Positions 33,201 through 47,319 of a DNA stretch of 64,000 bases are shown here, in pieces. The notes under the pieces are model-generated. The model made no database searches, was not told where the DNA came from, and was given only the letters and a program-made list of their open reading frames with translations. Origin of the DNA: Euprymna scolopes (taxonomy: Eukaryota); NCBI GenBank assembly GCA_053919585.1, contig CM132786.1, one strand, 5' to 3'. Both the position numbers and the translations under genes were made by a program. Each line of letters opens with the position of its first letter. The first letter of the stretch is position 1.

Positions 33201-36200
33201 AGATATTTACTTATAGATAATATTTACTTATAGATAATATTTACTTATAGATGATATTTACTTATAGATAATATTTACTTATAGATAATATTTATTTATA
33301 GATGGTATTTATTTATAGATGATATTTACTTATAGAAGATATTTACTCATAGATGATATTTACTTATAGATGATATTTACTTATAGATGATATTTACTTA
33401 TAGATGATATTTACTTATAGATGATATTTACTTATAGATAATATTTACTTATAGATGATATTTACTTATAGATGATATTTACTTATAGAAGATATTTACT
33501 TCTAGATGATATTTACTTATAGATAATATTTACTTATAGAAGATATTTATTTATATAAGATATTTACTTATAGATGGTATTTACTTATAGATAATATTTA
33601 CTTATAGATAATATTTACTTATAGATGATATTTACTTATAGATGATATTTACTTATAGAAGATATTTACTTATAGATGATATTTACTTATAGATAATATT
33701 TACTTATAGAAGATATTTACTTATAGATGATATTTACTTATAGATGATATTTACTTATAGATAATATTTACTTATAGATAATATTTACTTATAGATAATA
33801 TTTACTTATAGATGATATTTACTTATAGAAGATATTTACTTATAGATGATATTTACTTATAGATGATATTTACTTATAGATGATATTTACTTATAGATAA
33901 TATTTACTTATAGATGATATTTACTTATAGATGATATTTATTTATAGAAGATATTTACTCATAGATGATATTTACTTATAGAAGATATTTACTTATAGAT
34001 GATATTTACTTATAGAAGATATTTACTTATAGATGATATTTACTTATAGAAGATATTAACTTATAGATGATATTTACTTATAGATGATATTTACTTATAG
34101 ATGATATTTACTTATAGATGATATTTACTTATAGATGATATTTACTTATAGAAGATATTTATTTATAGATGATATTTATTTATAGATGATATTTACTTAT
34201 AGAAGATATTTACTTATAGATGATATTTACTTATAGATAATATTTACTTATAGATGATATTTACTTATAGAAGATATTTACTTATAGATTATATTTACTT
34301 ATAGATAATATTTACTTATAGATGATATTTACTTATAGAAGATATTTACTTATAGATGATATTTACTTATAGAAGATATTTACTTATAGAAGATATTTAC
34401 TTATAGAAGATATTTACTTATAGATGATATTTACTTATAGAAGATATTTACTTATAGATGATATTTACTTATAGATGATATTTACTTATATATGATATTT
34501 ACTTATAGATGATATTTCTTTATAGATAATATTTACTTATAGATAATATTTACTTTTAGATGATATTTACTTATAGATGATATTTACTTATAGATGATAT
34601 TTACTTATAGAAGATATTTACTTATAGATGATATTAACTTATAGAAGATATTTATTTATAGATGATATTTATTTATAGATGATATTTACTTATAGAAGAT
34701 ATTTACTTATAGATGATATTTACTTATAGATGATATTTACTTATAGATGATATTTATTTATAGAAGATATATACTTATAGATGATATTTACTTATAGAAG
34801 ATATTTACTTATAGATGATATTTACTTATAGATGATATTTACTTATAGATGATATTTATTTATAGAAGATATATACTTATAGATGATATTTACTTATAGA
34901 AGATATTTACTTATAGATGATATTTACTTATAGATGATATTTACTTATAGATGATATTTACTTATAGATGATATTTACTTATAGGTAATATTTACTTATA
35001 GATAATATTTACTTATAGAAGATATTTACTTATAGATGATATTTACTTATAGATGATATTTACTTATAGATAATATTTACTTATAGATAATATTTACTTA
35101 TAGATGATATTTACTTATAGAAGATATTTACTTATAGAAGATATTTATTTATTGATGATATTTATTTATAGATGATATTTACTTATAGAAGATATTTACT
35201 TATAGATGATATTTACTTATAGATGATATTTACTTATAGATAATATTTACTTATAGATAATATTTACTTATAGATGATATTTACTTATAGATAATATTTA
35301 CTTATAGATAATATATATTTATAGATGGTATTTATTTATAGATGATATTTTCTTATAGAAGATATTTACTTCTAGATGATATTTACTTATAGATAATATT
35401 TACTTAAAGAAGATATTTATTTATAGAAGATATTTACTTATAGATGATATTTACTTATAGATAATATTTACTTATAGATAATATTTACTTATAGAAGATA
35501 TTTATTTATAGAAGATATTTACTTATAGATAATATTTACTTAAAGATAATATTTACTTATAGATGATATTTACTTATAGATAATATTTACTTATAGATAA
35601 TATATATTTATAGATGGTATTTATTTATAGATGATATTTTCTTATAGAAGATATTTACTTATAGATGATATTTACTTATAGATGATATTTACTTATAGAT
35701 GATATTTACTTATAGATGATATTTACTTATAGATAATATTTACTTATAGATAATATTTACTTATAGATGATATTTACTTATAGATGATATTTACTTATAG
35801 ATGATATTTACTTATAGAAGATATTTACTTCTAGATGATATTTACTTATAGATAATATTTACTTAAAGAAGATATTTATTTATAGAAGATATTTACTTAT
35901 AGATGATATTTACTTATAGATAATATTTACTTATAGATAATATTTACATATAGATGATATTTACTTATAGATGATATTTACTTATAGATAATATTTACTT
36001 ATAGAAGATATTTACTTATAGATGATATTTACTTATAGATAATATTTACTTGTAGAAGATATTTATTTATAGAAGATATTTACTTATAGATGATATTTAC
36101 TTATAGATAATATTTACTTATAGATAATATTTACTTATAGATAATATTTACTTATAGATAATATTTACTTATAGATGATATTTACTTATAGAAGATATTT

Positions 36201-39200
36201 ACTTATAGGTGATATTTACTTATAGATGATATTTACTTATAGATAATATTTACTTATAGATAATATTTACTTATAGATGATATTTATTTATAGAAGATAT
36301 TTACTTATAGATGATATTTACTTATAGAAGATATTTATTTATAGATGACATTTATTTATAGATGATATTTACTTATAGAAGATATTTACTTATAGATGAT
36401 ATTTACTTATAGATAATATTTACTTATAGATGATATTTACTTATAGAAGATATTTACTTATAGATGATATTTACTTATAGATAATATTTACTTATAGATG
36501 ATATTTACTTATAGAAGATATTTACTTATAGAAGATATTTACTTATAGAAGATATTTACTTATAGATGATATTTACTTATAGAAGATATTTACTTATAGA
36601 TGATATTTACTTATAGATGATATTTACTTATAGATGATATTTACTTATAGATGATATTTACTTACAGATGATATTTACTTATAGATAATATTTACTTATA
36701 GATAATATTTACTTATAGATGATATTTACTTATAGATGATATTTACTTATAGATGATATTTACTTATAGAAGATATTTACTTATAGATGATATTTACTTA
36801 TAGAAGATATTTACTTATAGAAGATATTTATTTATAGATGATATTTATTTATAGATTATATTTACTTATAGAAGATATTTACTTATAGATGATATTTACT
36901 TATAGATGATATTTACTTATAGAAGATATTTATTTATAGATGATATTTATTTATAGATGATATTTATTTATAGAAGTTATATACTTATAGATTATATTTA
37001 CTTATAGAAGATATTAACTTATAGATGATATTTACTTATAGATGATATTTACTTATAGATGATATTTATTTATAGAAGATATATACTTATAGATGATATT
37101 TACTTATAGAAAATATTTACTTATAGATGATATTTACTTATAGATGATATTTACTTATAGATGATATTTACTTATAGAAGATATTTACTTATAGATGATA
37201 TTTACTTATAGAAGATATTTACTTATAGAAGATATTTATTTATTGATGATATTTATTTATAGATGATATTTACTTATAGAAGATATTTACTTATAGATGA
37301 TATTTACTTATAGATGATATTTACTTATAGATGATATTTATTTATAGATGATATTTACTTATCGAAGATATTTACTTATAGATGATATTTACTTATAGAT
37401 GATATTTACTTATAGATGATATTTACTTATAGAAGATATTTACTTATAGATGATATTTACTTATAGATAATATTTACTTATAGATGATATTTACTTATAG
37501 AAGATATTTACTTATAGATGATATTTACTTATAGAAGATATTTATTTATAGATGATATTTACTTATAGAAGATATTTACTTATAGAAGATATTTACTTAT
37601 AGATGATATTTACTTATAGAAGATATTTACTTATAGATGATATTTACTTATAGATGATATTTACTTATATATGATATTTACTTATAGATGATATTTCTTT
37701 ATAGATAATATTTACTTATAGATAATATTTACTTTTAGATGATATTTACTTATAGATGATATTTACTTATAGATGATATTTACTTATAGAAGATATTTAC
37801 TTATAGATGATATTTACTTATAGAAGATATTTATTTATAGATGATATTTATTTATAGATGATATTTACTTATAGAAGATATTTACTTATAGATGATATTT
37901 ACTTATAGATGATATTTACTTATAGATGATATTTATTTATAGAAGATATATACTTATAGATGATATTTACTTATAGAAAATATTTACTTATAGATGATAT
38001 TTACTTATAGATGATATTTACTTATAGATGATATTTATTTATAGAAGATATATACTTATAGATGAGTTTTACTTATAGAAGATATTTACTTATAGATGAT
38101 ATTTACTTATAGATGATATTTACTTATAGATGATATTTACTTATAGATGATATTTACTTATAGGTAATATTTACTTATAGATAATATTTACTTATAGATG
38201 ATATTTAATTATAGATGATATTTACTTATAGATGATATTTACTTATAGAAGATATTTACTTATAGATGACATTTACTTATAGAAGATATTTACTTATAGA
38301 AGATATTTATTTATTGATGATATTTATTTATAGATGATATTTACTTATAGAAGATATTTACTTATAGATGATATTTACTTATAGATGATATTTACTTATA
38401 GATAATATTTACTTATAGATAATATTTACTTATAGATGATATTTACTTATAGATAATATTTACTTATAGATAATATATATTTATAGATGGTATTTATTTA
38501 TAGATGATATTTTCTTATAGAAGATATTTACTTCTAGATGATATTTACTTATAGATAATATTTACTTAAAGAAGATATTTATTTATAGAAGATATTTACT
38601 TATAGATGATATTTACTTATAGATAATATTTACTTATAGATAATATTTACTTATAGAAGATATTTATTTATAGAAGATATTTACTTATAGATAATATTTA
38701 CTTAAAGATAATATTTACTTATAGATGATATTTACTTATAGATAATATTTACTTATAGATAATATATATTTATAGATGGTATTTATTTATAGATGATATT
38801 TTCTTATAGAAGATATTTACTTATAGATGATATTTACTTATAGATGATATTTACTTATAGATGATATTTACTTATAGATGATATTTACTTATAGATAATA
38901 TTTACTTATAGATAATATTTACTTATAGATGATATTTACTTATAGAATATATTTACTTATATATGATATTTACTTATAGAAGATATTTACTTCTAGATGA
39001 TATTTATTTATAGATAATATTTACTTAAAGAAGATATTTATTTATAGAAGATATTTACTTATAGATGATATTTACTTATAGATAATATTTACTTATAGAT
39101 AATATTTACTTATAGATGATATTTACTTATAGATGATATTTACTTATAGATAATATTTACTCATAGAAGATATTTACTTATAGATGATATTTACTTATAG

Positions 39201-42123
39201 ATAATATTTACTTGTAGAAGATATTTATTTATAGAAGATATTTACTTATAGATGATATTTACTTATAGATAATATTTACTTATAGATAATATTTACTTAT
39301 AGATAATATTTACTTATAGATAATATTTACTTATAGATAATATTTATTTATAGATGATATTTACTTATAGAAGATATTTACTTATAGGTGATATTTACTT
39401 ATAGATGATATTTACTTATAGATAATATTTACTTATAGATAATATTTACTTATAGATGATATTTATTTATAGAAGATATTTACTTATAGATGATATTTAC
39501 TTATAGAAGATATTTATTTATAGATGACATTTATTTATAGATGATATTTACTTATAGAAGATATTTACTTATAGATGATATTTACTTATAGATAATATTT
39601 ACTTATAGATGATATTTACTTATAGAAGATATTTACTTATAGATGATATTTACTTATAGATAATATTTACTTATAGATGATATTTACTCATAGAAGATAT
39701 TTACTTATAGATGATATTTACTTATAGAAGATATTTACTTATAGAAGATATTTACTTATAGAAGATATTTACTTATAGATGATATTTACTTATAGAAGAT
39801 ATTTACTTATAGATGATATTTACTTATAGATGATATTTACTTATAGATGATATTTACTTATAGATGATATTTACTTATAGATGATATTTACTTATAGATA
39901 ATATTTACTTATAGATAATATTTACTTATAGATGATATTTACTTATAGATGATATTTACTTATAGATGATATTTACTTATAGATAATATTTACTTATAGA
40001 TAATATTTACTTATAGAAGATATTTATTCATAGATGATATTTATTTATAGATTATATTTACTTATAGAAGATATTTACTTATAGATGATATTTACTTATA
40101 GATGATATTTACTTATAGAAGATATTTATTTATAGATGATATTTATTTATAGATGATATTTATTTATAGAAGATATATACTTATAGATTATATTTACTTA
40201 TAGAAGATATTTACTTATAGATGATATTTACTTATAGATGATATTTACTTATAGATGATATTTATTTATAGAAGATATATACTTATAGATGATATTTACT
40301 TATAGAAAATATTTACTTATAGATGATATTTACTTATAGATTATATTTACTTATAGATGATATTTACTTATAGAAGATATTTACTTATAGATGATATTTA
40401 CTTATAGAAGATATTTACTTATAGAAGATATTTATTTATTGATGATATTTATTTATAGATGATATTTACTTATAGAAGATATTTACTTATAGATGATATT
40501 TACTTATAGATGATATTTACTTATAGATGATATTTATTTATAGATGATATTTACTTATCGAAGATATTTACTTATAGATGATATTTACTTATAGATGATA
40601 TTTACTTATAGATGATATTTACTTATAGATAATATTTACTTATAGATGATATTTACTTATAGAAGATATTTACTTATAGATGATATTTACTTATAGAAGA
40701 TATTTATTTATAGATGATATTTACTTATAGATGATATTTACTTATAGATGATATTTACTTATAGATAATATTTACTTATAGATGATATTTACTTATAGAA
40801 GATATTTACTTATAGATGATATTTACTTATAGAAGATATTTATTTATAGATGATATTTACTTATAGATGATATTTACTTATAGATGATATTTACTTATAG
40901 ATAATATTTACTTATAAATGATATTTACTTATAGAAGATATTTACTTATAGATGATATTTACTTATAGATGATATTTACTTATAGAAGATATTTATTTAT
41001 AGATAATATTTACTTATAGATGATATTTACTTATAGAAGATATTTACTTATAGGTGATATTTACTTATAGATGATATTTACTTATAGATAATATTTACTT
41101 ATAGATAATATTTACTTATAGATGATATTTACTTATAGATGATATTTATTTATAGATGATATTTACTTATCGAAGATATTTACTTATAGATGATATTTAC
41201 TTATAGATAATATTTACTTATAGATGATATTTACTTATAGAAGATATTTACTTATAGATTATATTTACTTATAGATAATATTTACTTATAGATGATATTT
41301 ACTTATAGAAGATATTTACTTATAGATGATATTTACTTATAGAAGATATTTATTTATAGATGATATTTACTTATAGATGATATTTACTTATAGAAGATAT
41401 TTACTTATAGATGATATTTACTTATAGATGATATTTATTTATAGATGATATTTACTTATAGAAGATATTTACTTATAGATGATATTTACTTATAGATAAT
41501 ATTTACTTATAGATAATATTTACTTATAGATGATATTAATTTATAGATGATATTTATTTATAGATGATATTTACTTATAGAAGATATTTACTTATAGAAG
41601 ATATTTACTTATGGAAGATATTTACTTACAGACGATATTTACTCATAGATGATATTTATTTATAGATGATATTTACTTATAGCTAATATTTATTTACAGA
41701 AGATATTTACTTATAGAAGATATTTACTTATAGATGATATTTATTTATAGAAGATATTTACTTATAGATGATATTTACTTATAGATAATATTTACTTATA
41801 GATAATATTTACTTATAGATAATATTTACTTATAGATAATATTTACTTATAGATGATATTTATTTATAGATGATATTTATTTATAGATGATATTTACTTA
41901 TAGAAGATATTTACTTATAGAAGATATTTACTTATAGAAGATATTTACTTATGGAAGATATTTACTTACAGACGATATTTACTCATAGATGATATTTATT
42001 TATAGATGATATTTACTTATAGATAATATATATTTACAGAAGATATTTACTTATAGATAATGTTTACTTATAGAGTATATTTACTTATAGATGATATTTA
42101 CTTATAGAAGATATTTACTTATA
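6242..42123. repeat. Giant satellite array of a 17-bp monomer AGA[TG/AG/TA]ATATTTA[C/T]TTAT, ~35.9 kb, ~2,100 copies
   Basis: Continuous 17-bp periodicity with very few indels; no ORFs (stops in all frames); sharp boundaries at ...CACGCC|GGATATTTAC and ...TTACTTATA|AAAGGCC. Confidence 0.99.
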
Positions 42124-42235
42124 AAAGGCCAGTTGTTTCTTCCTGAAGATTTCAACTCGGTCAACTTTCTTTTTATATCAAACACTGAGTTTGCGAGGTT
42201 TCTTATTTACTAACAGTCATACCAACAAATTTTAA

Positions 42236-42726
42236 TGCTTATTCAGAACATGGCGGAAAATAAAAGTAATGAAAGTAAAAAAAAATCTGAATCATGTACG
42301 AACCAATAGATGGAAGGCAGATAAAATATTTCAAAAATTACGTAATTTGATCAAGTAAGTTTTGCTACGACCATTGTAGAATGAAAGCGGGGATAAACAA
42401 GGACAGACAACAAAAAAAAAAAAAGCGGACAATTGGGCTCTTTTATTTTTTTAAAAAATAATATCGGAAAGACAACATAAACATACAATTAAAAAAAATA
42501 GAATTAATATGGATTACCTCCCTTTATTAACCTCACCAGAAACAAATAACGGCGACAATAAGTTGTCGCTTGAAAGCGTAAACACTGATTTTCTAATATA
42601 AGAAAAAATACTTGATCAATTTTTGGTAGTTTTTGAAATGTTCTACCATTATTCCGTGATAAGTAGGTACACGATAGTCTTTCTTTATTTTTTTTTTATC
42701 GCCATGAGTGCGATTCTGAATAAGCA
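42236..42726. mobile_element. Putative MITE bounded by inverted repeats
   Basis: TGCTTATTCAGAA(..)CATGGCG at 42236 is inverted at ~42700-42726 (CGCCATG...TTCTGAATAAGCA); no clean TSD. Confidence 0.45.
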
Positions 42727-43779
42727 CCGGATATTTAATTGATTTAAAGAAAATGTTACGGGTTATATTTCTATTGTAATAAAAATAGCGTTAAACAGAC
42801 TGTTCCTGTTAATTAACTTGGTTTTATTATTCAACATGTCACATACGTACTCTACCTATAATGTGATTTACCTCATTATCTAATAGGAAATTTACAACAA
42901 GTGGCATAAGGACAAATGATTTCCATTAAATTAAAGTGCTCATTGCTCCATTCAAATTACATGAATTGTTCATTTTTCTTTAGTTTTGTTAATAAAAAAT
43001 AATTTTTTCTCTCTTCTATTTGTTAATAAAAAAATATTTTTTCTTAGACGGTTTTTAGTTTATTTATAGAATACATATGGTCACTAATCACCCCTGAGGA
43101 ATGTTTATGACAAATATTTGTTAACATTGAGTCTGCAATCTTGTAGCCTGAATGGAAGTAGTTCCGCACTAATGTTTTACATAAACGGAAAGTTCTTACC
43201 CTGAAGGTGTTACAGGAAGAAAAAGATTGTAACCGAGCACGATTCAAGTTATGGTATCAAATTGATTCAAAATTTCAACGTACAAACCTTATTCAATCTC
43301 TAACAATTCATTCTCACTAAGCCGATTGCAATAAATATTTAGCATTGTCATTTAATAAATACATTGGGTTAATTTTGATAAAAGTCTTTTTAATTTATTA
43401 CAATATAAATCGATGAATCAGGATGAATCGATTTTAAATGTCCAGTCATGTAGGATGTTCGCCCTCTTGCATAAAACGTTGCACGAATGTCTTAAATCGC
43501 AGGAAGATTGGGCGGCCAATGAAAACTTGGAAACAAGTGATTGGACAAGTCCCACAAAGTGAAATTTAAAAGATAAAAACTACTGACCTGCTGTATGGTC
43601 AGAACGTGACAGTGAGCTTTCGTAATACAAAAAACGTCTAAACTCTAAACCAGGGAAAAGTGAAGCTAAATGAATAAAAGAAAGAGGAATTAGTATAAAA
43701 CATGCAATATAAGAAAAGGTAAATTATCATAATATACAATTTATTAATGTACCAAAACCTAATTAATAAGCGGTTATAT

Positions 43780-43783
<4 letters not shown>

Positions 43784-43827
<44 letters not shown>

Positions 43828-43841
43828 ATATATATATATAT
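43784..43841. repeat. (TA)n microsatellite with one interruption
   Basis: Visible dinucleotide run. Confidence 0.95.
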
Positions 43842-44819
43842 TGATTTCCACGAAATACATGCTAAACTATTCCACAATTCTTAGATATTATCTAATACAA
43901 ACTTAAGTGGATGGGGTTAAAGTTCTTAACCACTGAAATAGATGGAGTTAATGAAGCCAAACTCCAACTAAATTCTAGACGACCAATTTCTGAAAAATTG
44001 TGTCAATAGTTCTGGATTGTATCTTTCGTCTATTCATAATCATCTATTGGTTTTCATTAGCGTTTTGATTTTATTGCTGTAGAGTAAATATCCCTAGAAT
44101 ATCAATAACTGCAATTCGACGCCTTTTTTATATAAGATGTGTTGAATTATAAAAAAAATAATTTCCTTCTTTATTTTCACGACACTTCAAACTCTTTCAG
44201 ATACAGATATAATAATACAAAGGACCGCAGGAATTTTGTATTGATTTCATCTTCATTTCGATCCGTGTTAGGAAGAATATCCCAGATATTTAGAATGTAA
44301 TATCTTATGCATTACTTCATTTCAAAGTATACGTTTGTAAAAATATACTTAGCGATAAATTACTGAAAAATATCTGCATTTCAAACTGCGTATTGAATTC
44401 TATTGTAATATGAAAAAAACATTAATATTTCTTATCAAATCATCAAAGCGCTAATCTGCGTTATGAATTATGGTTTCCTAGAATATTCATTGTTATGTAG
44501 TGGAATCGTCATATAACACTTGTGTTAACCACAAAAAGCAAAAAAATATTCCAAAGAATTAATAAAGCAAAAGTGGAACCCGTTCTTCTTATATACTCGC
44601 TGTCGATCCGTGTAGGTCTTGGATATGACCTTAAAAGACATCCAGTGGTAAGGCCCCCTTTGGAAGCTTTGAGGAATATGGACTTGCCTGTTAGTAACCG
44701 TTGCTCCCAGGTACACTTTGGCCTGGACTGATAATATCTGTTAGGGTATCTGGTTTTGCCATATCAGGCTATCTAAAAATATTGGCTTCCTGGGCATAAA
44801 TGCACCATTCGTTATTATT

Positions 44820-44925
44820 TTTATGGGAGAGGGGTTGCAGGGAAGAGAAAAGGGCATCTCCCACTAAGTTACGAAGTCTATTTTGAACTCTCTCAAGGTT
44901 TAACAAAATTCTATTGCTGCCATAC
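44820..44925 (-). mobile_element. Short LINE ORF2 fragment (same family as 1-769)
   Basis: ORF 44769-45008 contains LERVQNRLRNLVGDALFSSLQPLSH, matching 280-352. Confidence 0.8.
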
Positions 44926-46284
44926 GCGTGTTGGCGCTCTATTACAGAACTTTCGTCTAGCTCTAGGCATGTTGATTCCATATAATTTCTGATAGTTATG
45001 AATTCCATTCATGTCGCTATTCCAATTCATAAGAACATGTTTGCAAGTGTCTACATATTTACATGTACGTTCCACAGTTACCTCCCCTTCATTTCTTTAC
45101 TCTCTATCACTTATTCTCTCTTTCTCGTTATTTTTCATTTCCTATTCATTCTAATGAAAATGAAGTTTAATAATTTAACAAACTTAACTTTTAAATTTGT
45201 AAATTAACTGATTTTCAAACCAATAATAAATATTTTATATTGTAAAAATATAATAATATTTTAACAAAAAAGATCTTAGTCAACCATTCAAGTCAATATG
45301 TTTTCCTCAGAGATTTTCCTAACTCTACTGTCGATAGATCTTCCAAATAGATCCAGATTTGTTGGAAGCAACACTGAATATTGTTTTAACATATCCACTC
45401 TTTATTAGACAAACACTTTAATCAGCAGTTGCTGTCAACAACGGCAGAAGCAAGACTATTCACTCCGAATTCCAACACGTACAATAAAAATCCAATTAGA
45501 CAGCTTTTTTTCTTTTCCAGGTATTTTTCTTTCACAGACAACACAAGTGCACATGTCATAATTCATCTCCTCCTTGTGGGCCGAAAATTTGAGGAGTGAC
45601 ATTGACGAACTACTAAACACAACGCCAACGTATATACAACGCATACTGAATTTTTTCTCACAGACGGTCGTACATACATTTACAGAGTAAATCTATATGG
45701 CTATCCATTTACACGCACTGTAATATGAAAACTTACAAGACTACAGTCGAAATGAACATGCAAATTTAATTTCTCTTTACGGAAAAAACAAATCTTTTTC
45801 ACCTAGAACGTTCTTTGAACATTTTGAATTCTCCACTCATTAAATACATTTTGATTGACACAAATGCTGTTTGAATTAATATAATTTTTGTCTATTTCAG
45901 ATTCAATAAAAACGTACCCTACAGATAATTTAAAATGTTAATATTTGATACAAAAGAAAAACACAAAGACATTCCACAACATTGGTAAACCCGAGTAGCA
46001 GTTCCTCGTTAAACAAGTTGATCAATGTAAGTGTGATAAGATATTCTAATCTATATTTTGCTTATGGGTTTCATAGGAAAGTGTCACTTACAAGTTCTGA
46101 CTGATTTCCCACGTAATTACAAGTAATCCGAAGTTTTATCTCTAAATCATACAGAGATTCGAGGAAGGCATTATATAATTGCAATCAAATGCCTAATGAT
46201 ACAAGGGATAACAATATACTTCTGACTAAAGGTAATACCGCGAAACGACAGAAAGGTGTTAAGATATGCCAATTTGAATAATTA

Positions 46285-46556
46285 ATTATTCTTGTATAAT
46301 GTCTCTGTTCAGTCTCAAGAGACAATGAATACCCCCATAAGAGTAACTGCGCGTGTAATTGTGCTGCAAGGGTTCCAAAATCTCCAGCCTCACCTCTGCT
46401 GAATCGGCACTGCTTGAGTCCAGTGACAAGGAGAAGTGATAAACGACTGGAAACAATGCCGAGATAAGCGGAGAGCACACACAACACCTGGAATTCCTAA
46501 ATGTTCACACATTTTAGTACTGACGGCTTAACGTTGCTTAACTTCAGTTATCTAAC
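46285..46556 (-). mobile_element. 5S rRNA-derived SINE (SINE3-like) or 5S pseudogene with attached body
   Basis: Minus strand GATAACTGAAGTTAAGCAACGTTAAGCCGTCAGTACTAAAATGTGTGAACATTTAGGAATTCCAGGTGTTG resembles the 3' two-thirds of invertebrate 5S rRNA (A box, IE, C box), followed by ~200 bp of non-5S sequence ending in an AT-rich tail. Confidence 0.65.
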
Positions 46557-46709
46557 TAATTAATTTAAACTGACAGGATCTGTGAAAAAATCACAGGGGA
46601 CTCATTCATATGTAATGCATTGCTGTTGGCATTCTATAGATGTTAAGTGTAAATACTCTCTGTTATTATTGTAGCTCTTTTGTTAAAACTGCAAAAGTAT
46701 TTATCTAAG

Positions 46710-47168
46710 CTAGCAGGGGCGCTCGGCGTAGCCATGTCGTGAAGTACGCTTAAATATGATATTTTAGTTCTTGCAGATTTCGCATATATTATTATAGAAT
46801 TAATGTTCTATCGATTTTTACATATTATAAAGTTGCGATTTAAAAAAAAAATATATATCCATATGACTTGCGTGCATCATCTTGAATCAAAACCGAAACC
46901 AAAATTTATGAAAACAGATATATATAACTTCAGTTCCTTCAGGTATAATCGAAACCAAAACTTAGGAAGAATTCTTAGTAAAGTTATTCTAAAAAAATAA
47001 ATGACTTGAGTGCCATCAGCGGTAATCAAAACCAAAACTTGTGGAGAATTCTTGGTAAAATTATTTATTACAAGAAATGGAAATCCGTAACAATTAAACG
47101 ACAGTCACTCGGATGTAAACGTGACACACAAAATAAATAACATACGCGCTATCCTATTAATATATAGA
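46710..47168 (-). mobile_element. Short non-autonomous Helitron with both termini
   Basis: Minus strand starts A|TCTATATATTAATAGG and ends ..GGCTACGCCGAGCGCCCCTGCTAG; shares the CTTAAATATGATATTTT..GCAGATTTCG block with the 5.0 kb and 61.1 kb copies. Confidence 0.7.
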
Positions 47169-47319
47169 TTATTATTCCTGCATGGCTGCAACTGAAGAAG
47201 ATTATGAGCCTTCTGTGTGCAAAAGATTTGCAGGACGTATGCGACTACTTTGTGGAGACATATCTTACTATGTAAGGAGACCAAAAAAATGTCTGTTCAT
47301 ATTAAATTTGAATTTCTTG

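Noticed and set aside
6242-42123. CRISPR-like array, telomeric repeat or repetitive protein gene
   Set aside because: No unique spacers or cas genes; the monomer is not G-rich and the array is flanked by ordinary DNA on both sides; stop codons occur in all six frames.
46480-46556. Functional 5S rRNA gene
   Set aside because: The 5' third is missing, the sequence is diverged and there is no T-run terminator.
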